Of a stretch of 32,000 bases of DNA, positions 1 through 8,309 are shown piece after piece (the first letter of the stretch is position 1; every line of letters starts with the position of its first letter). Origin of the DNA: Propionibacterium freudenreichii subsp. freudenreichii (GTDB taxonomy: Bacteria; Actinomycetota; Actinomycetes; Propionibacteriales; Propionibacteriaceae); assembly GCF_000940845.1 (NCBI RefSeq), contig NZ_CP010341.1, forward strand, positions 2,250,001-2,282,000, in the 5' to 3' direction. The position numbers and the translations under genes were made by a program. The notes under the pieces are model-generated. The model was not told where the DNA came from. It saw only the letters and a list, made by a program, of their open reading frames with translations, and did not search any database.

Positions 1-691
1 GGATCCATTCGCGGGTGGTGTGGATGTCGGCGCCGGTGGACAGGTCCATCACGGTGTCGGCGCCCCAGGTGGTGGCCCATGTGAGCTTGGCGACTTCCTC
101 GTCGATGGACGAGGTGGTGGCCGAATTGCCCATATTGGCGTTGATCTTCACCAGGAAGCGCGAGCCGATCACCATCGGCTCTGCCTCGGGATGGTTGACG
201 TTGAGCGGCATCACCGCACGGCCAGCCGCCAACTCGCTGCGCACCAACTCGGGATCGCAGTCCTCACGGGCGGCCGCGAAGGCCATCTCGGGAGTGATGA
301 TGCCGGCCCTGGCATAGGACATCTGGGTGATCGCCCCACCGTCGCGCGACCGCAGTGGCGTCTGTGTGCGCCCCTGCCATTCACGCGACGAGGCCCCGCG
401 CTTGGCGGCCCGGCGGCCGTCGTCGGCCAGATTTCTTCCACGTCCGGAATAGACGGTGGTATCGCCTCGGGCATCAATCCAAGGCTGGCGCATCGGTGGC
501 AGCCCCTGGGTGGAATCACAATCCGGACCCTGGGTGCAATAGTCGGTGAATGGTGCATTGGCGCCGCCGCCGGGGGTGTCCTGGAGCTTTATCTCCTGAT
601 AGGGGACCTCCAGCGTGAAATCTCCGAATTTCACGGCACGCGTGGCGCGGACGCGGTTGGCGGGAGCGTTGTTTGGTGTGGATGAATCCAT
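1..691 (-). CDS. thiC: Phosphomethylpyrimidine (HMP-P) synthase ThiC. N-terminal ~230 codons only; the 3' part lies beyond the window edge.
   Basis: Not in the ORF track because it runs off the window. My reverse-complement translation from the ATG (complement of 689-691) gives [14 protein letters not shown]...[54 protein letters not shown]. This is the conserved ThiC core. A TPP riboswitch lies directly upstream. Confidence 0.93.
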   Translation of the reverse strand, partial: MDSSTPNNAPANRVRATRAVKFGDFTLEVPYQEIKLQDTPGGGANAPFTDYCTQGPDCDSTQGLPPMRQPWIDARGDTTVYSGRGRNLADDGRRAAKRGASSREWQGRTQTPLRSRDGGAITQMSYARAGIITPEMAFAAAREDCDPELVRSELAAGRAVMPLNVNHPEAEPMVIGSRFLVKINANMGNSATTSSIDEEVAKLTWATTWGADTVMDLSTGADIHTTREWI

Positions 692-701
692 GATGAGTCT
701 T

Positions 702-795
702 CTTTTCCCTTCGCCGGCATTACCCGGACAGGTGCAATCGGTGCTCGAGCAGACCAGCTCGATCTCAGCCCGTTCTGAGGGCGCCCGTGATGACG
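702..795 (-). promoter_or_regulatory. TPP (THI-box) riboswitch in the thiC leader
   Basis: The minus strand reads CACGGGCGCCCUCAGAACGGGCUGAGAUCGAGCUGGUCUGCUCGAGCACCGAUUGCACCUGUCCGGGUAAUGCCGGCGAAGGGAAAAG. It contains the CUGAGA and ACCUG..GGGUAAUGCCGGCGAAGGGA THI-box signatures. Its 3' end abuts the thiC start codon. Confidence 0.85.
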
Positions 796-1028
796 CGCCA
801 CACGCTACACCGGCCGGGCCCCGAGATGCGCATCCACAGCTGCCCATCCACCGCGGAGGGTCGGAATGTGGGATCACCTCGCGAGAGCCGGCCACGGGAC
901 GATACTCACAATGTTCACGTCACCATCGTCGCTGACGCCTGGTGGGGTGACAGATAAGGCGCCCCGAGGCCGTGCATCGTCTGCACCGCCACACCCGCGG
1001 GGCGAAATGCTCGACGGAAGGCACCCCC

Positions 1029-2708
1029 ATGCTGGCCCTGGACACGGCCTCAGCGATCCGGCTCGACCTGTCACCGGTCGATTACCTGATGCTGCTCATC
1101 TATTTCTCGACAGTGCTCATGATCGGTTTCGCCGCCCGCCGCAGGGTGCACTCGTCGATGGACTTCTTCCTGTCGGGACGCTCAATGCCGGCCTGGATCA
1201 CCGGGCTGGCGTTCGTCTCGGCGAACCTCGGCGCCACGGAGATCCTGGGCATGGCCGCGAACGGCGCCCAGATCGGCATGGCAACGCTGCACTACTACCT
1301 GATCGGCGCGGTACCGGCCATGGTGTTCCTCGGCTTGGTGATGATGCCGTTCTATTACGGTTCGAAGGTGCGCAGCGTGCCCGAGTTCATGTTGCGCCGC
1401 TTCGGCAAGGGCGCGCACCTGGTGAACTCCATCTCATTCGCCGCCTCGAATGTGCTGATCGCTGGTATCAACCTGTATGCGATGGCGCTGATCATCGAGG
1501 CCATGCTTGGCTGGCCCGAATGGCTGGCCGTGGTGATCTCGGCCCTGTTCGTGCTGATCTACATCGTGCTGGGCGGTCTGTCGTCGGCCATCTACAACGA
1601 GGTGATGCAGTTCTTCGTGATCATCGCCGCCCTGGTGCCGCTGACCGTCGTCGGCATGCACCGCGTGGGCGGATGGGGTGGCCTGACGCAGGCATTGGCC
1701 AACACCACCGGTGGCAAGCTCATGACACATGCATGGAAGGGCACCGGGATCGGTGATGTGACGAATCCGATCGGCGCGAACTGGCTGGCCATCGTCATGG
1801 GCCTGGGCTTCGTGCTGGCGTTCGGATACTGGACCACCAACTTCACCGAGGTGCAGCGTGCCTTCTCGGCCAAGAACATGTCGGCCGCACGACGCACCCC
1901 GCTGATCGGCGCCTTCCCGAAGCTGTTTATCCCCTTCATCGTGGTAATTCCCGGCATGATCGCGGCGGCCACCGTGGGCAATCTGTTCGCTGACGGCACG
2001 ATCACCTACAACGAAGCCATCCCCAAGTTGATGCAGATGTACCTTCCGCAGGGTGTGCTCGGCGTGGCGGTCACCGGCATGATGGCGTCGTTCATGGCCG
2101 GCATGGCCGCCAATGTTTCGAGCTTCAACACGGTATTCACCTATGATATCTGGGAACGCTATATCAAGCCGAACATGCCTGATCGATATTATTTGAGCGC
2201 TGGCCGAGTGGTCACCACGGTGGGCGTATTGATTGGTGTGGGAACTGCATTCCTGGCCGCCCAATTCGGCAACATCATGACGTATATGCAAACGCTCTTC
2301 TCCTTCTTCAATGCGCCGCTGTTCGCAGTGTTCATCGTGGGCATCTTCTGGAAGCGGGCGAGTCCGGCCGGCGGCCTGTGGGGATACATCGCGGGCATCA
2401 TCGCCCCGATGGTGGTGTGGATCGGATACCTGAACCATTGGTCGTGGTTCGACTACGCCACCGGTACCGCCGAGACCTTGTACGGGGCCATCTGGTCGTT
2501 CGTCACCGCCGTGGTGGTGACGGTGGCCGTCTCGGTGGTCACCAAGCCGAAGCCGATCGCCCAGCTCGACGGGCTGGTGCGCGGTGTGGGCATCATCAAC
2601 CTGAAGGCCGACAACCACGCCGGCGACGATGCCTGGTACCGCTCGCCGGCAGTGCTCGGCTTCACGGCCCTTGTGCTGTGCGTGCTCCTCTACATCCCGT
2701 TCGTGTGA
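1029..2708 (+). CDS. Sodium:solute symporter family (SSF, SGLT-like) transporter; substrate unknown
   Basis: Track ORF 972..2708. I prefer the start at M20 (ATG 1029), which is preceded by GGAAGG. The 559-aa product is polytopic and hydrophobic. The motif FFLSGRSMPAWITGLAFVSANLGATEILGMAANG...VPEFMLRRFG is typical of SSF/SGLT permeases. Confidence 0.85.
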   Translation: MLALDTASAIRLDLSPVDYLMLLIYFSTVLMIGFAARRRVHSSMDFFLSGRSMPAWITGLAFVSANLGATEILGMAANGAQIGMATLHYYLIGAVPAMVFLGLVMMPFYYGSKVRSVPEFMLRRFGKGAHLVNSISFAASNVLIAGINLYAMALIIEAMLGWPEWLAVVISALFVLIYIVLGGLSSAIYNEVMQFFVIIAALVPLTVVGMHRVGGWGGLTQALANTTGGKLMTHAWKGTGIGDVTNPIGANWLAIVMGLGFVLAFGYWTTNFTEVQRAFSAKNMSAARRTPLIGAFPKLFIPFIVVIPGMIAAATVGNLFADGTITYNEAIPKLMQMYLPQGVLGVAVTGMMASFMAGMAANVSSFNTVFTYDIWERYIKPNMPDRYYLSAGRVVTTVGVLIGVGTAFLAAQFGNIMTYMQTLFSFFNAPLFAVFIVGIFWKRASPAGGLWGYIAGIIAPMVVWIGYLNHWSWFDYATGTAETLYGAIWSFVTAVVVTVAVSVVTKPKPIAQLDGLVRGVGIINLKADNHAGDDAWYRSPAVLGFTALVLCVLLYIPFV

Positions 2709-2729
2709 TCCCCGGAAAGGTCATCTCCC

Positions 2730-3155
2730 ATGTCTGATACTGACAACAGCCGGGGCAGCTCGGCGAACAAGGAACCATGGACCGGCGCGCAGCCGGCCGA
2801 GCCGCTGACCACCGGTGACCTGCCTGCGGTGCAGCTGACCAAGGAAGAACGCGACGATGCCATCCGAGACACGCGACGCTTTGACCTGCGTCGCTTCCTG
2901 GGCGGGCTGTTCGTGGTCTACGGCGTGCTCGTCACCGGAATGGGCATTGCCCGCCCCGACGACGACAAGGCCCTCACCGGGGGCATCCCGATCAATCTGT
3001 ACACCGGCATCACGATGCTCATCGTGGGGCTGGCGTTCCTGCTGTGGGACCACCTTCGCCCCGTTCCGGAGGACGACATCCTGCACAGCGCCGAGAAGTC
3101 GAAGGCGCAGTCGCTTCAGGGTGAGGACTTGCCCGCCTCCGATACGGCGCGCTGA
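2730..3155 (+). CDS. Small membrane protein of unknown function (141 aa, 2 predicted TM segments), probably co-transcribed with the symporter
   Basis: The ORF has GAAAGG 7 nt upstream of the ATG and starts 21 nt after the symporter stop. Two hydrophobic segments are present (LGGLFVVYGVLVTGMGI and ITMLIVGLAFLLW). Codon bias is consistent with coding. Confidence 0.6.
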   Translation: MSDTDNSRGSSANKEPWTGAQPAEPLTTGDLPAVQLTKEERDDAIRDTRRFDLRRFLGGLFVVYGVLVTGMGIARPDDDKALTGGIPINLYTGITMLIVGLAFLLWDHLRPVPEDDILHSAEKSKAQSLQGEDLPASDTAR

Positions 3156-3179
3156 GAGCCATCAGGCCTCCATCAGGCG

Positions 3180-3221
3180 ATTCGGGGCGTCATCGCGGCC
3201 ATCCGCGGCGGCGCCCCGAAT
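3180..3221. terminator. GC-rich hairpin between convergent genes (candidate bidirectional terminator)
   Basis: Perfect 10-bp inverted repeat: ATTCGGGGCG (3180-3189) and CGCCCCGAAT (3212-3221). It lies between the stop at 3155 (+) and the stop at 3260 (-). There is no U-tract. Confidence 0.5.
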
Positions 3222-3259
3222 TCGTATGCGCCGCCCGCGCCAATGGACCGCGCCAATGG

Positions 3260-3937
3260 CTACGTCTGCGGTTCCACCCAGATGGTCCGCGCCAGCCGGG
3301 CCGAGATGGTGATCGGCTCGCGGCCGGGCAGCGACATCACCACATCGGCCGAATAGGGCTCACCCGGCAACCGGGTGAGTGAGGTGCCCAGGGTGATGTG
3401 CCTGTCGCTGAGGAAGCGCAGGAACTGCGGATCGGTGTCCTTCACCCGCGCCACCCGCGCCGCCACGCCGGGGGCGAGGTCGGTCAACCGGGTGGTTCCG
3501 GTGTCGGCCAAGGTGCCGTCGGCGGCCGGAATCGGATCACCGTGCGGATCATGGGTGGGATGGCCCAAGTGTGCGTCGATGCGGTCGACCAGCGTGTTCG
3601 ACACCGCATGTTCCAGCGCATCGGCCTCGCCATGCACCTCGTCCCACGGGTAGCCGAGCACGGCGGTGAGGAAGGTCTCCAGCAGGCGGTGGCGACGCAC
3701 CATGCCCACCGCCACCCGGCGTCCCTTGGGCGTCAGGTGGATGGCGCCGTAGCGCTCGTGGCGCACGGTGCCGGCCTCGTCGAGGCGCTTGACCATCTCC
3801 GAGACCGCCGAATTGCTCTGGTCGAGGGCCTTCGCCAGCCGGCTGACGGTCACCGGATCGTCGTCGTGCTCGCCGAGCCCCCAGATCACCTTCAGGCACT
3901 GTTCCTGCGCTGAGGTGGGATGGAAGTCGGTGGTCAC
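3260..3937 (-). CDS. DtxR/IdeR/MntR-family metal-dependent transcriptional repressor with a C-terminal SH3-like (FeoA-like) domain; probably Mn-responsive
   Basis: 225 aa. An HTH region is present (VTVSRLAKALDQSNSAVSEMVKRLDEAG). The dimerisation/metal-site block RRHRLLETFLTAVLGYPWDEVHGEADALEHAVS aligns to DtxR RKHRLAERLL...VHDEACRWEH. The gene is divergent from mntH. Confidence 0.9.
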   Translation of the reverse strand: MTTDFHPTSAQEQCLKVIWGLGEHDDDPVTVSRLAKALDQSNSAVSEMVKRLDEAGTVRHERYGAIHLTPKGRRVAVGMVRRHRLLETFLTAVLGYPWDEVHGEADALEHAVSNTLVDRIDAHLGHPTHDPHGDPIPAADGTLADTGTTRLTDLAPGVAARVARVKDTDPQFLRFLSDRHITLGTSLTRLPGEPYSADVVMSLPGREPITISARLARTIWVEPQT

Positions 3938-4158
3938 GGCGTCATTATGTCACGCCGCGAGTGAATTCTCCTGTGTGGGGAACTTGTGATTTCGGATACC
4001 CGAACTCTAGACTGAGGCCCAGTTGAACACTGGGTTCAGACGACCTTGGGTCGTCCGGACACCGGGTTCGGCGACGCCGCCTCCGCAACCGGGCCGACCC
4101 GGCGCAGGAGCATCCGGGCACGACCGGCAGTGGGGTTCGAGACAGTGGAAGACGACGA

Positions 4159-5574
4159 ATGTCGAGTGCGATGACCGAATCAGAAGAGCGTCCCGACCAG
4201 GCCCCCGAGCGAGGACGACCCAGCCGCATCCATGGCTTGGTGCGTCCCACCAACGGGCTGTCGCTGGAAGAGATCAACGGCACCATCAAGACGCCCCCGC
4301 CCGGCACCGGGTTCTGGCGTTCGCTGGCAAGCTTCTCGGGGCCCGGCGCCCTGGTGGCCGTCGGCTACATGGACCCCGGCAACTGGGTCACCTCCATCGG
4401 CGGCGGCTCCCAGTTCGGCTACGGGCTGTTGTCGGTGATCCTCATCTCGAGCCTGATCGCCATGCTGTTGCAGTACATGGCACTGAAGCTCGGCATCGTC
4501 ACCGGCATGGACCTGGCGCAGGCCACGCGCGCCCACGTCGGCAGGCGGCTGGGCATCGTGCTGTGGATCATCACCGAGCTGGCGATCATGGCCACCGACA
4601 TCGCCGAGGTGATCGGCGCGGCGATCGCCCTGCACCTGCTGTTCGGCATCAACATGATCGTCGGCGTGCTGCTCACCGTGCTCGACGTGTTCCTGCTGCT
4701 GTTCCTCATGCAGGTGGGCTTCCGCAAGATCGAAGCGATCGTGGCCACGCTGATCCTCACGATCATGATCGTGTTCATCTACGAGGTGTACCTGGCCGGG
4801 CCCAATATGCCCAAGGTCTTCGAAGGATTCATCCCCACCAGCGACATCCTGCGGCCCGCCGAACTCACCATGGCACTGGGCATCGTCGGCGCCACCGTGA
4901 TGCCCCACAACCTCTACCTGCACTCGGCCCTGGTGCAGTCGCGTGACTACGACCGTGCCGACGACGCGTCCAAGGCGCACGCGGTGAAGTTCGCCACCTG
5001 GGACTCGAATGTGCAGCTCAGTGCGGCATTCATCGTGAACTGCCTGCTGTTGCTGCTGGGTGCGGCGCTGTTCTTCGGCGCCACCCAGGACCTGTCCACG
5101 TTCGGCTCGCTGTATTCCGCGTTGAAGGACCCGACGCTGGCCGGCTCGATCGCCAGCCCGATCCTCAGCACCCTGTTCGCCGTCGCGCTGCTGGCGTCGG
5201 GCCAGAACTCCACCATCACCGGCACCCTGAGTGGCCAGGTGGTGATGGAGGGCTTCATCCGCATGCGCGTGCCGCTGTGGGTGCGACGCGTGATCACCCG
5301 GCTGATCGCGGTGATTCCGGTGGTGGCATTCACGATCATCTTCGGCGGCTCGGAGCACATGCTCGACGTGCTGCTGGTTGACACCCAGGTGTTCCTGTCG
5401 ATCGCGCTGCCGCTGTCGATGGTGCCGCTGGTGTGGTTCACCAGCTCGAAGCGCATCATGGGCAAGCGCTTTGCCAACCCCCGGTGGGTTGCGGTGCTGG
5501 GCTGGCTGGCCACCGGCGTGCTGACGATCCTCAACATCAACCTGGTGATCCAGACGGTGACCTCGCTGTTCTGA
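4159..5574 (+). CDS. mntH: Nramp-family divalent metal cation (Mn2+/Fe2+):H+ symporter
   Basis: 471-aa polytopic protein. The Nramp signature [31 protein letters not shown] and the motif [18 protein letters not shown] are both present. Confidence 0.92.
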   Translation: MSSAMTESEERPDQAPERGRPSRIHGLVRPTNGLSLEEINGTIKTPPPGTGFWRSLASFSGPGALVAVGYMDPGNWVTSIGGGSQFGYGLLSVILISSLIAMLLQYMALKLGIVTGMDLAQATRAHVGRRLGIVLWIITELAIMATDIAEVIGAAIALHLLFGINMIVGVLLTVLDVFLLLFLMQVGFRKIEAIVATLILTIMIVFIYEVYLAGPNMPKVFEGFIPTSDILRPAELTMALGIVGATVMPHNLYLHSALVQSRDYDRADDASKAHAVKFATWDSNVQLSAAFIVNCLLLLLGAALFFGATQDLSTFGSLYSALKDPTLAGSIASPILSTLFAVALLASGQNSTITGTLSGQVVMEGFIRMRVPLWVRRVITRLIAVIPVVAFTIIFGGSEHMLDVLLVDTQVFLSIALPLSMVPLVWFTSSKRIMGKRFANPRWVAVLGWLATGVLTILNINLVIQTVTSLF

Positions 5575-5677
5575 GGGTTCGCGTTGGGTGGGGGCACCTG
5601 TCCGCCTGCATGCTGATCGCCGGACGGGACGTGTCCGGGCGCGCCGTCCCATGGTCACGACACGCCATTCGGTCGTT

Positions 5678-5725
5678 GGGTGGACAGTTGTGCGGCGTCA
5701 TTACCGCACAGGTGACCATTTAGTG
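5678..5725 (+). repeat. Palindromic intergenic repeat, copy A (core CAGTTGTGCGGCGTCATT)
   Basis: GGTGGACAGTTGTGCGGCGTCATTACCGCACAGGTGACCATTTAGTGG, about 100 nt after the mntH stop. The same core recurs at 21649, 21801 and 23611. Confidence 0.85.
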
Positions 5726-5782
5726 GCCGCTTCAGCCCAGGACGAGAAGATAGGGGCGGACAAGGGGCCGGCAACCGGTGGT

Positions 5783-6028
5783 TCAGGCGCCCTTGCGCGC
5801 CCCATGGATCGCGGCGGACAGCACTCCGGCGACGACCACGGCCATGAGCGCCGGGACGCCCTCGCCCTTCATGCGGAAGCCGCGGCGACGTCGATGCGTG
5901 CCAGGCTCAGGGGAAGTGCCACGCGCAGAAGAATGGGTGTCCTGCGGATCGGGTCCCGTCAGACCGGCTGGGTCGCCATGGGACCCGCCGGCTGCACGCT
6001 CGTGGACGCTGGGTTGCTGCTTGGCCAT
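5783..6028 (-). CDS. Hypothetical small protein (81 aa) with a C-terminal hydrophobic anchor; weakly supported
   Basis: Internal ATG of track ORF 5783..6103, preceded by GGGGGA. The C-terminus GVPALMAVVVAGVLSAAIHGARKGA looks like a TM segment plus a basic tail. The rest is low complexity, and I recognise no homology. Confidence 0.25.
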   Translation of the reverse strand: MAKQQPSVHERAAGGSHGDPAGLTGPDPQDTHSSARGTSPEPGTHRRRRGFRMKGEGVPALMAVVVAGVLSAAIHGARKGA

Positions 6029-6337
6029 CGTGTCCCCCGGATCATCGCGGTCAGTTCCCCGGCACCAGCTGGATGCCGCCGGCGCCGCGAGCAAGTACAG
6101 CACATCGGGCGCGCCGCATCGGGTACACGCTCACCGCAGCACACAGGCGCACCGCGCCATCTCGACCCACGCCGGCCCCATCACGCCGGTCCCATCGCAC
6201 AGGCACCTGCCATGCCTGACATCAGGACCGGGACCCGGCACCATCGGTCCCGGTCGGGGTCCCCACCCCGATTCCCGGGGACTCCTCCCAACCCAGATTT
6301 CCGGGGCGTCCCCACAGCCGGTCGGGCAACCGACTGT

Positions 6338-6500
6338 TAGCCTGTGAACGCCCACAGCTCGGGGAATCCGGTGCAATTCCGGAACTGACCCGCAACCGTG
6401 ACAGGGACGTCCCCGGGCCCTCACCCCGTGGCCGCCGCTGGAGCCGGAGTACCGATCCGTGGCAAACCGTCAGATATCCGTCGAGGTCCACGGACAGGTC
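6338..6500 (+). promoter_or_regulatory. Cobalamin (B12) riboswitch aptamer
   Basis: Core GGGGAAUCCGGUGCAAUUCCGGAACUGACCCGCAACCGUGA (6361-6401) matches the conserved GGGAA..GGUG.AA.UCC....CCCGCAAC.GU core. A B12-box-like GAGCCGGAGUACCGAUCC lies at 6441-6458. The element sits in the leader of the 6588 gene. Confidence 0.8.
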
Positions 6501-6587
6501 ACCGGCACCCCGTGCCCGGCCAGCGCGCGCACCTCACCGAGAGGTACGAGCCCATCGCCATCACGGGCTCGCCGAGAGGCACACGCG

Positions 6588-7424
6588 ATGCTCACCCGAA
6601 CCGGTTCCGCCCACGCGGCACGCACCCCCACCGACGCCATCGGCCCGGTCACCGACGCGGCCCGCACCGTGACCTCACGCAACGCCCCGATGCCACGCAG
6701 CACCACGGCCCCACGCAGCACAGGGGCGAGCACCGTCCACCGGACAGCCGCCGCACTCGTCGCGCTCGCCATGATGCTCCTCGGATTGGGCACCACCCTC
6801 CCCGCACGTGCCGACGGCGGCCACGCAACGCCCGCATCCACACCAGCACCCACCAGCATCGGCGACTGCCTCGGCTCGGGACGCGTCTGGCTGTTCGTCA
6901 GCTACCAGGACGCCGTCGTGTCGAACCAGTGCGTCGGCAACCCCTCATCGGGCACCGAGGCACTGGGCGTCGGCGGGGTCAGCGTGCGCAAGGGCAAGGG
7001 CGGACTCATCTGTTCGCTCGCCGACACGCCCGCCGGCTGCACCACCGGCAACCGCGACTACTGGACCTACTTCCACGCCACCGACGCCACCGGATGGGCC
7101 AGCTACGACTACTCGCAGCTCGGCGCCGATTCCTTCCAGCCAACTGCCGGGTCCATCGAGGCCTGGTGCTACACCCGCGATGCCGACTCTGACCAGTCCC
7201 ACTGCACGCCACCGGCGTTGCGTGTGACGCGCGCCGACGGTTCGGTGGCCAATCCGCAGGGGGCGACGCCGGCGGTCACCACCCTGGCATCGGTGTCATC
7301 GGGCGGACAGTCCCCCGTGGCGACGATCGCCGCGGGCGGCCTCGTGGTGGCGATGATCGGCGTCGCCGTGGTCGTGAGGCGACGTCGCGGCAAGCCCGCG
7401 CGGGCCCGTCGCCGAACCAGCTGA
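6588..7424 (+). CDS. Secreted protein anchored by a C-terminal TM segment, with a DUF4430-like (transcobalamin-like beta-grasp) domain; candidate surface cobalamin-binding protein
   Basis: Track ORF 6459..7424. Its first 43 codons overlap the riboswitch, so I start at ATG 6588, which has GAGAGG 8 nt upstream. A signal peptide is present (AAALVALAMMLLGLGTTLPARA|DG). The block TGTEALGVGG...GLICSLADTP...NRDYWTYFHATDATGWASYDYSQLGADSFQPTAGSIEAWCY resembles the DUF4430 pattern (YW.Y.vNg...ga....l..Gd.i.W.Y). The C-terminal anchor is IAAGGLVVAMIGVAVVVRRRRGK. Confidence 0.65.
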   Translation: MLTRTGSAHAARTPTDAIGPVTDAARTVTSRNAPMPRSTTAPRSTGASTVHRTAAALVALAMMLLGLGTTLPARADGGHATPASTPAPTSIGDCLGSGRVWLFVSYQDAVVSNQCVGNPSSGTEALGVGGVSVRKGKGGLICSLADTPAGCTTGNRDYWTYFHATDATGWASYDYSQLGADSFQPTAGSIEAWCYTRDADSDQSHCTPPALRVTRADGSVANPQGATPAVTTLASVSSGGQSPVATIAAGGLVVAMIGVAVVVRRRRGKPARARRRTS

Positions 7425-7445
7425 TCGCCGACTCCCGCGCCGGGG

Positions 7446-8309
7446 TCACCAGCTCCTGCGGGTCGGCTGTGTCGTCGGATTCGCCCCGTTGTCACCCTGT
7501 TGCTGGTTGGCGACCTGCGCCTCCTGCTCACGGCGCTGCAGCTGCTCCTGCTGGGTGGCCTCGTCGGGCGCGCTGGACGCGCTGGACTGCTGCAAGCGGT
7601 CGATCTTCGACTGCACGCGCTGCTCGGTCTGCTCCTGCTGACCCCGGGCGGTGCTTGCGTCGCCCTGGTCCTGCCCGGACGCACTCGACGAGGGTGCCGA
7701 CGACCCCGAGGGCTGCACGGATGGGCTGGCCGATGCCGGCGAGGACGACGCGGACGCCTGCGACGACCCCGACGGCTGTGCGCCGGACGAGGATCCCGGG
7801 CTGGGCTGCTGGGAACAGTTCAGCGCCACCACGATCTGCTTGGCCCGGTTCAGCGATTCCTGGGCCTGGTCGGTGTGGCCGCCGTCGCGCTGCATGTCGC
7901 CCAGCGCCTCCCACGACCACGCCAGGTTGAGCCCGACCATGCACTTGTCGGCCGGCGGGGCAAGCGTCAGGGCCTTCGAGAAATCAGTGCCGGCGGCCAC
8001 GAAGTCACCGAGCCGGTAGTCGGCCGTGCCAGCGTTGAAATGGCCGATCCAGGGGTTGAACGGGTTGAGCACCGTCGTGCGGGCAAAGCCCGAGCGCGCC
8101 GCGACATAGTCCTTGTGGTCGTAATGGTCCATGGCACGGGACTCGTCAACCATGAGCCCGCCGATGCGCAACGCCGCCAGGCCCAACACGACGACCACCA
8201 GCCAACACGCCACCACCAACGTCCGGCGGCGACGCCGGCCCTTCGGGGTGGGTCCGCCCTTCTGTGCAGTGCCAGTCCTTCGCGCAGTGCCACCCGTACG
8301 CGCGCTCAT
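7446..8309 (-). CDS. Membrane-anchored TPR-like protein with a Ser/Gln-rich tail (BatC/BatD-like, last gene of the MoxR-VWA operon)
   Basis: 287 aa with a basic N-terminus followed by a TM segment (LVVACWLVVVVLGLAAL). TPR-like repeats are present (FNAGTADYRLGDFVAAGTDFSKALTLAP). The start overlaps the upstream stop by 4 nt (ATGA at 8306-8309). Confidence 0.7.
   Translation of the reverse strand: MSARTGGTARRTGTAQKGGPTPKGRRRRRTLVVACWLVVVVLGLAALRIGGLMVDESRAMDHYDHKDYVAARSGFARTTVLNPFNPWIGHFNAGTADYRLGDFVAAGTDFSKALTLAPPADKCMVGLNLAWSWEALGDMQRDGGHTDQAQESLNRAKQIVVALNCSQQPSPGSSSGAQPSGSSQASASSSPASASPSVQPSGSSAPSSSASGQDQGDASTARGQQEQTEQRVQSKIDRLQQSSASSAPDEATQQEQLQRREQEAQVANQQQGDNGANPTTQPTRRSW

Noticed and set aside
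1-6. GGATCC at position 1 as evidence that the window is a BamHI cloning fragment
   Set aside because: The hexamer encodes the conserved ThiC ..REWI residues. Additional GGATCC sites occur inside the window (for example near 12676, 21745 and 31469). It is therefore most likely coincidental to the window cut.
1434-2618. 394-aa minus-strand ORF, and the 866..1756 plus-strand ORF
   Set aside because: They are antisense to, or out of frame with, the SSF symporter gene. Their composition is biased (H/R/D/G-rich) and no motifs are present.
3938-4158. Mn-sensing yybP-ykoY riboswitch in the mntH leader
   Set aside because: I could not find the conserved yybP-ykoY four-way-junction motifs. Regulation by the adjacent DtxR-family repressor is the simpler explanation.
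4180-5658. 492-aa minus-strand ORF, the longest ORF across this region
   Set aside because: It is exactly antisense to mntH, which has unmistakable Nramp motifs. Its product is an Arg/His/Gly/Gln/Asp-rich low-complexity string, typical of antisense frames in high-GC DNA.
5588-6347. 250-aa and 189-aa plus-strand ORFs filling the mntH to riboswitch gap
   Set aside because: Their composition is extremely Arg/Pro/Gly/His-rich. They overlap each other in different frames, run through the palindromic repeat, and have no start context or recognisable domain.
6459-6587. Track start codon (6459) for the riboswitch-regulated gene
   Set aside because: These 43 codons overlap the 3' end of the cobalamin riboswitch and its downstream leader and encode a non-signal, Arg/Pro-rich leader. 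ATG 6588 has an SD-like GAGAGG and sits after the riboswitch region.
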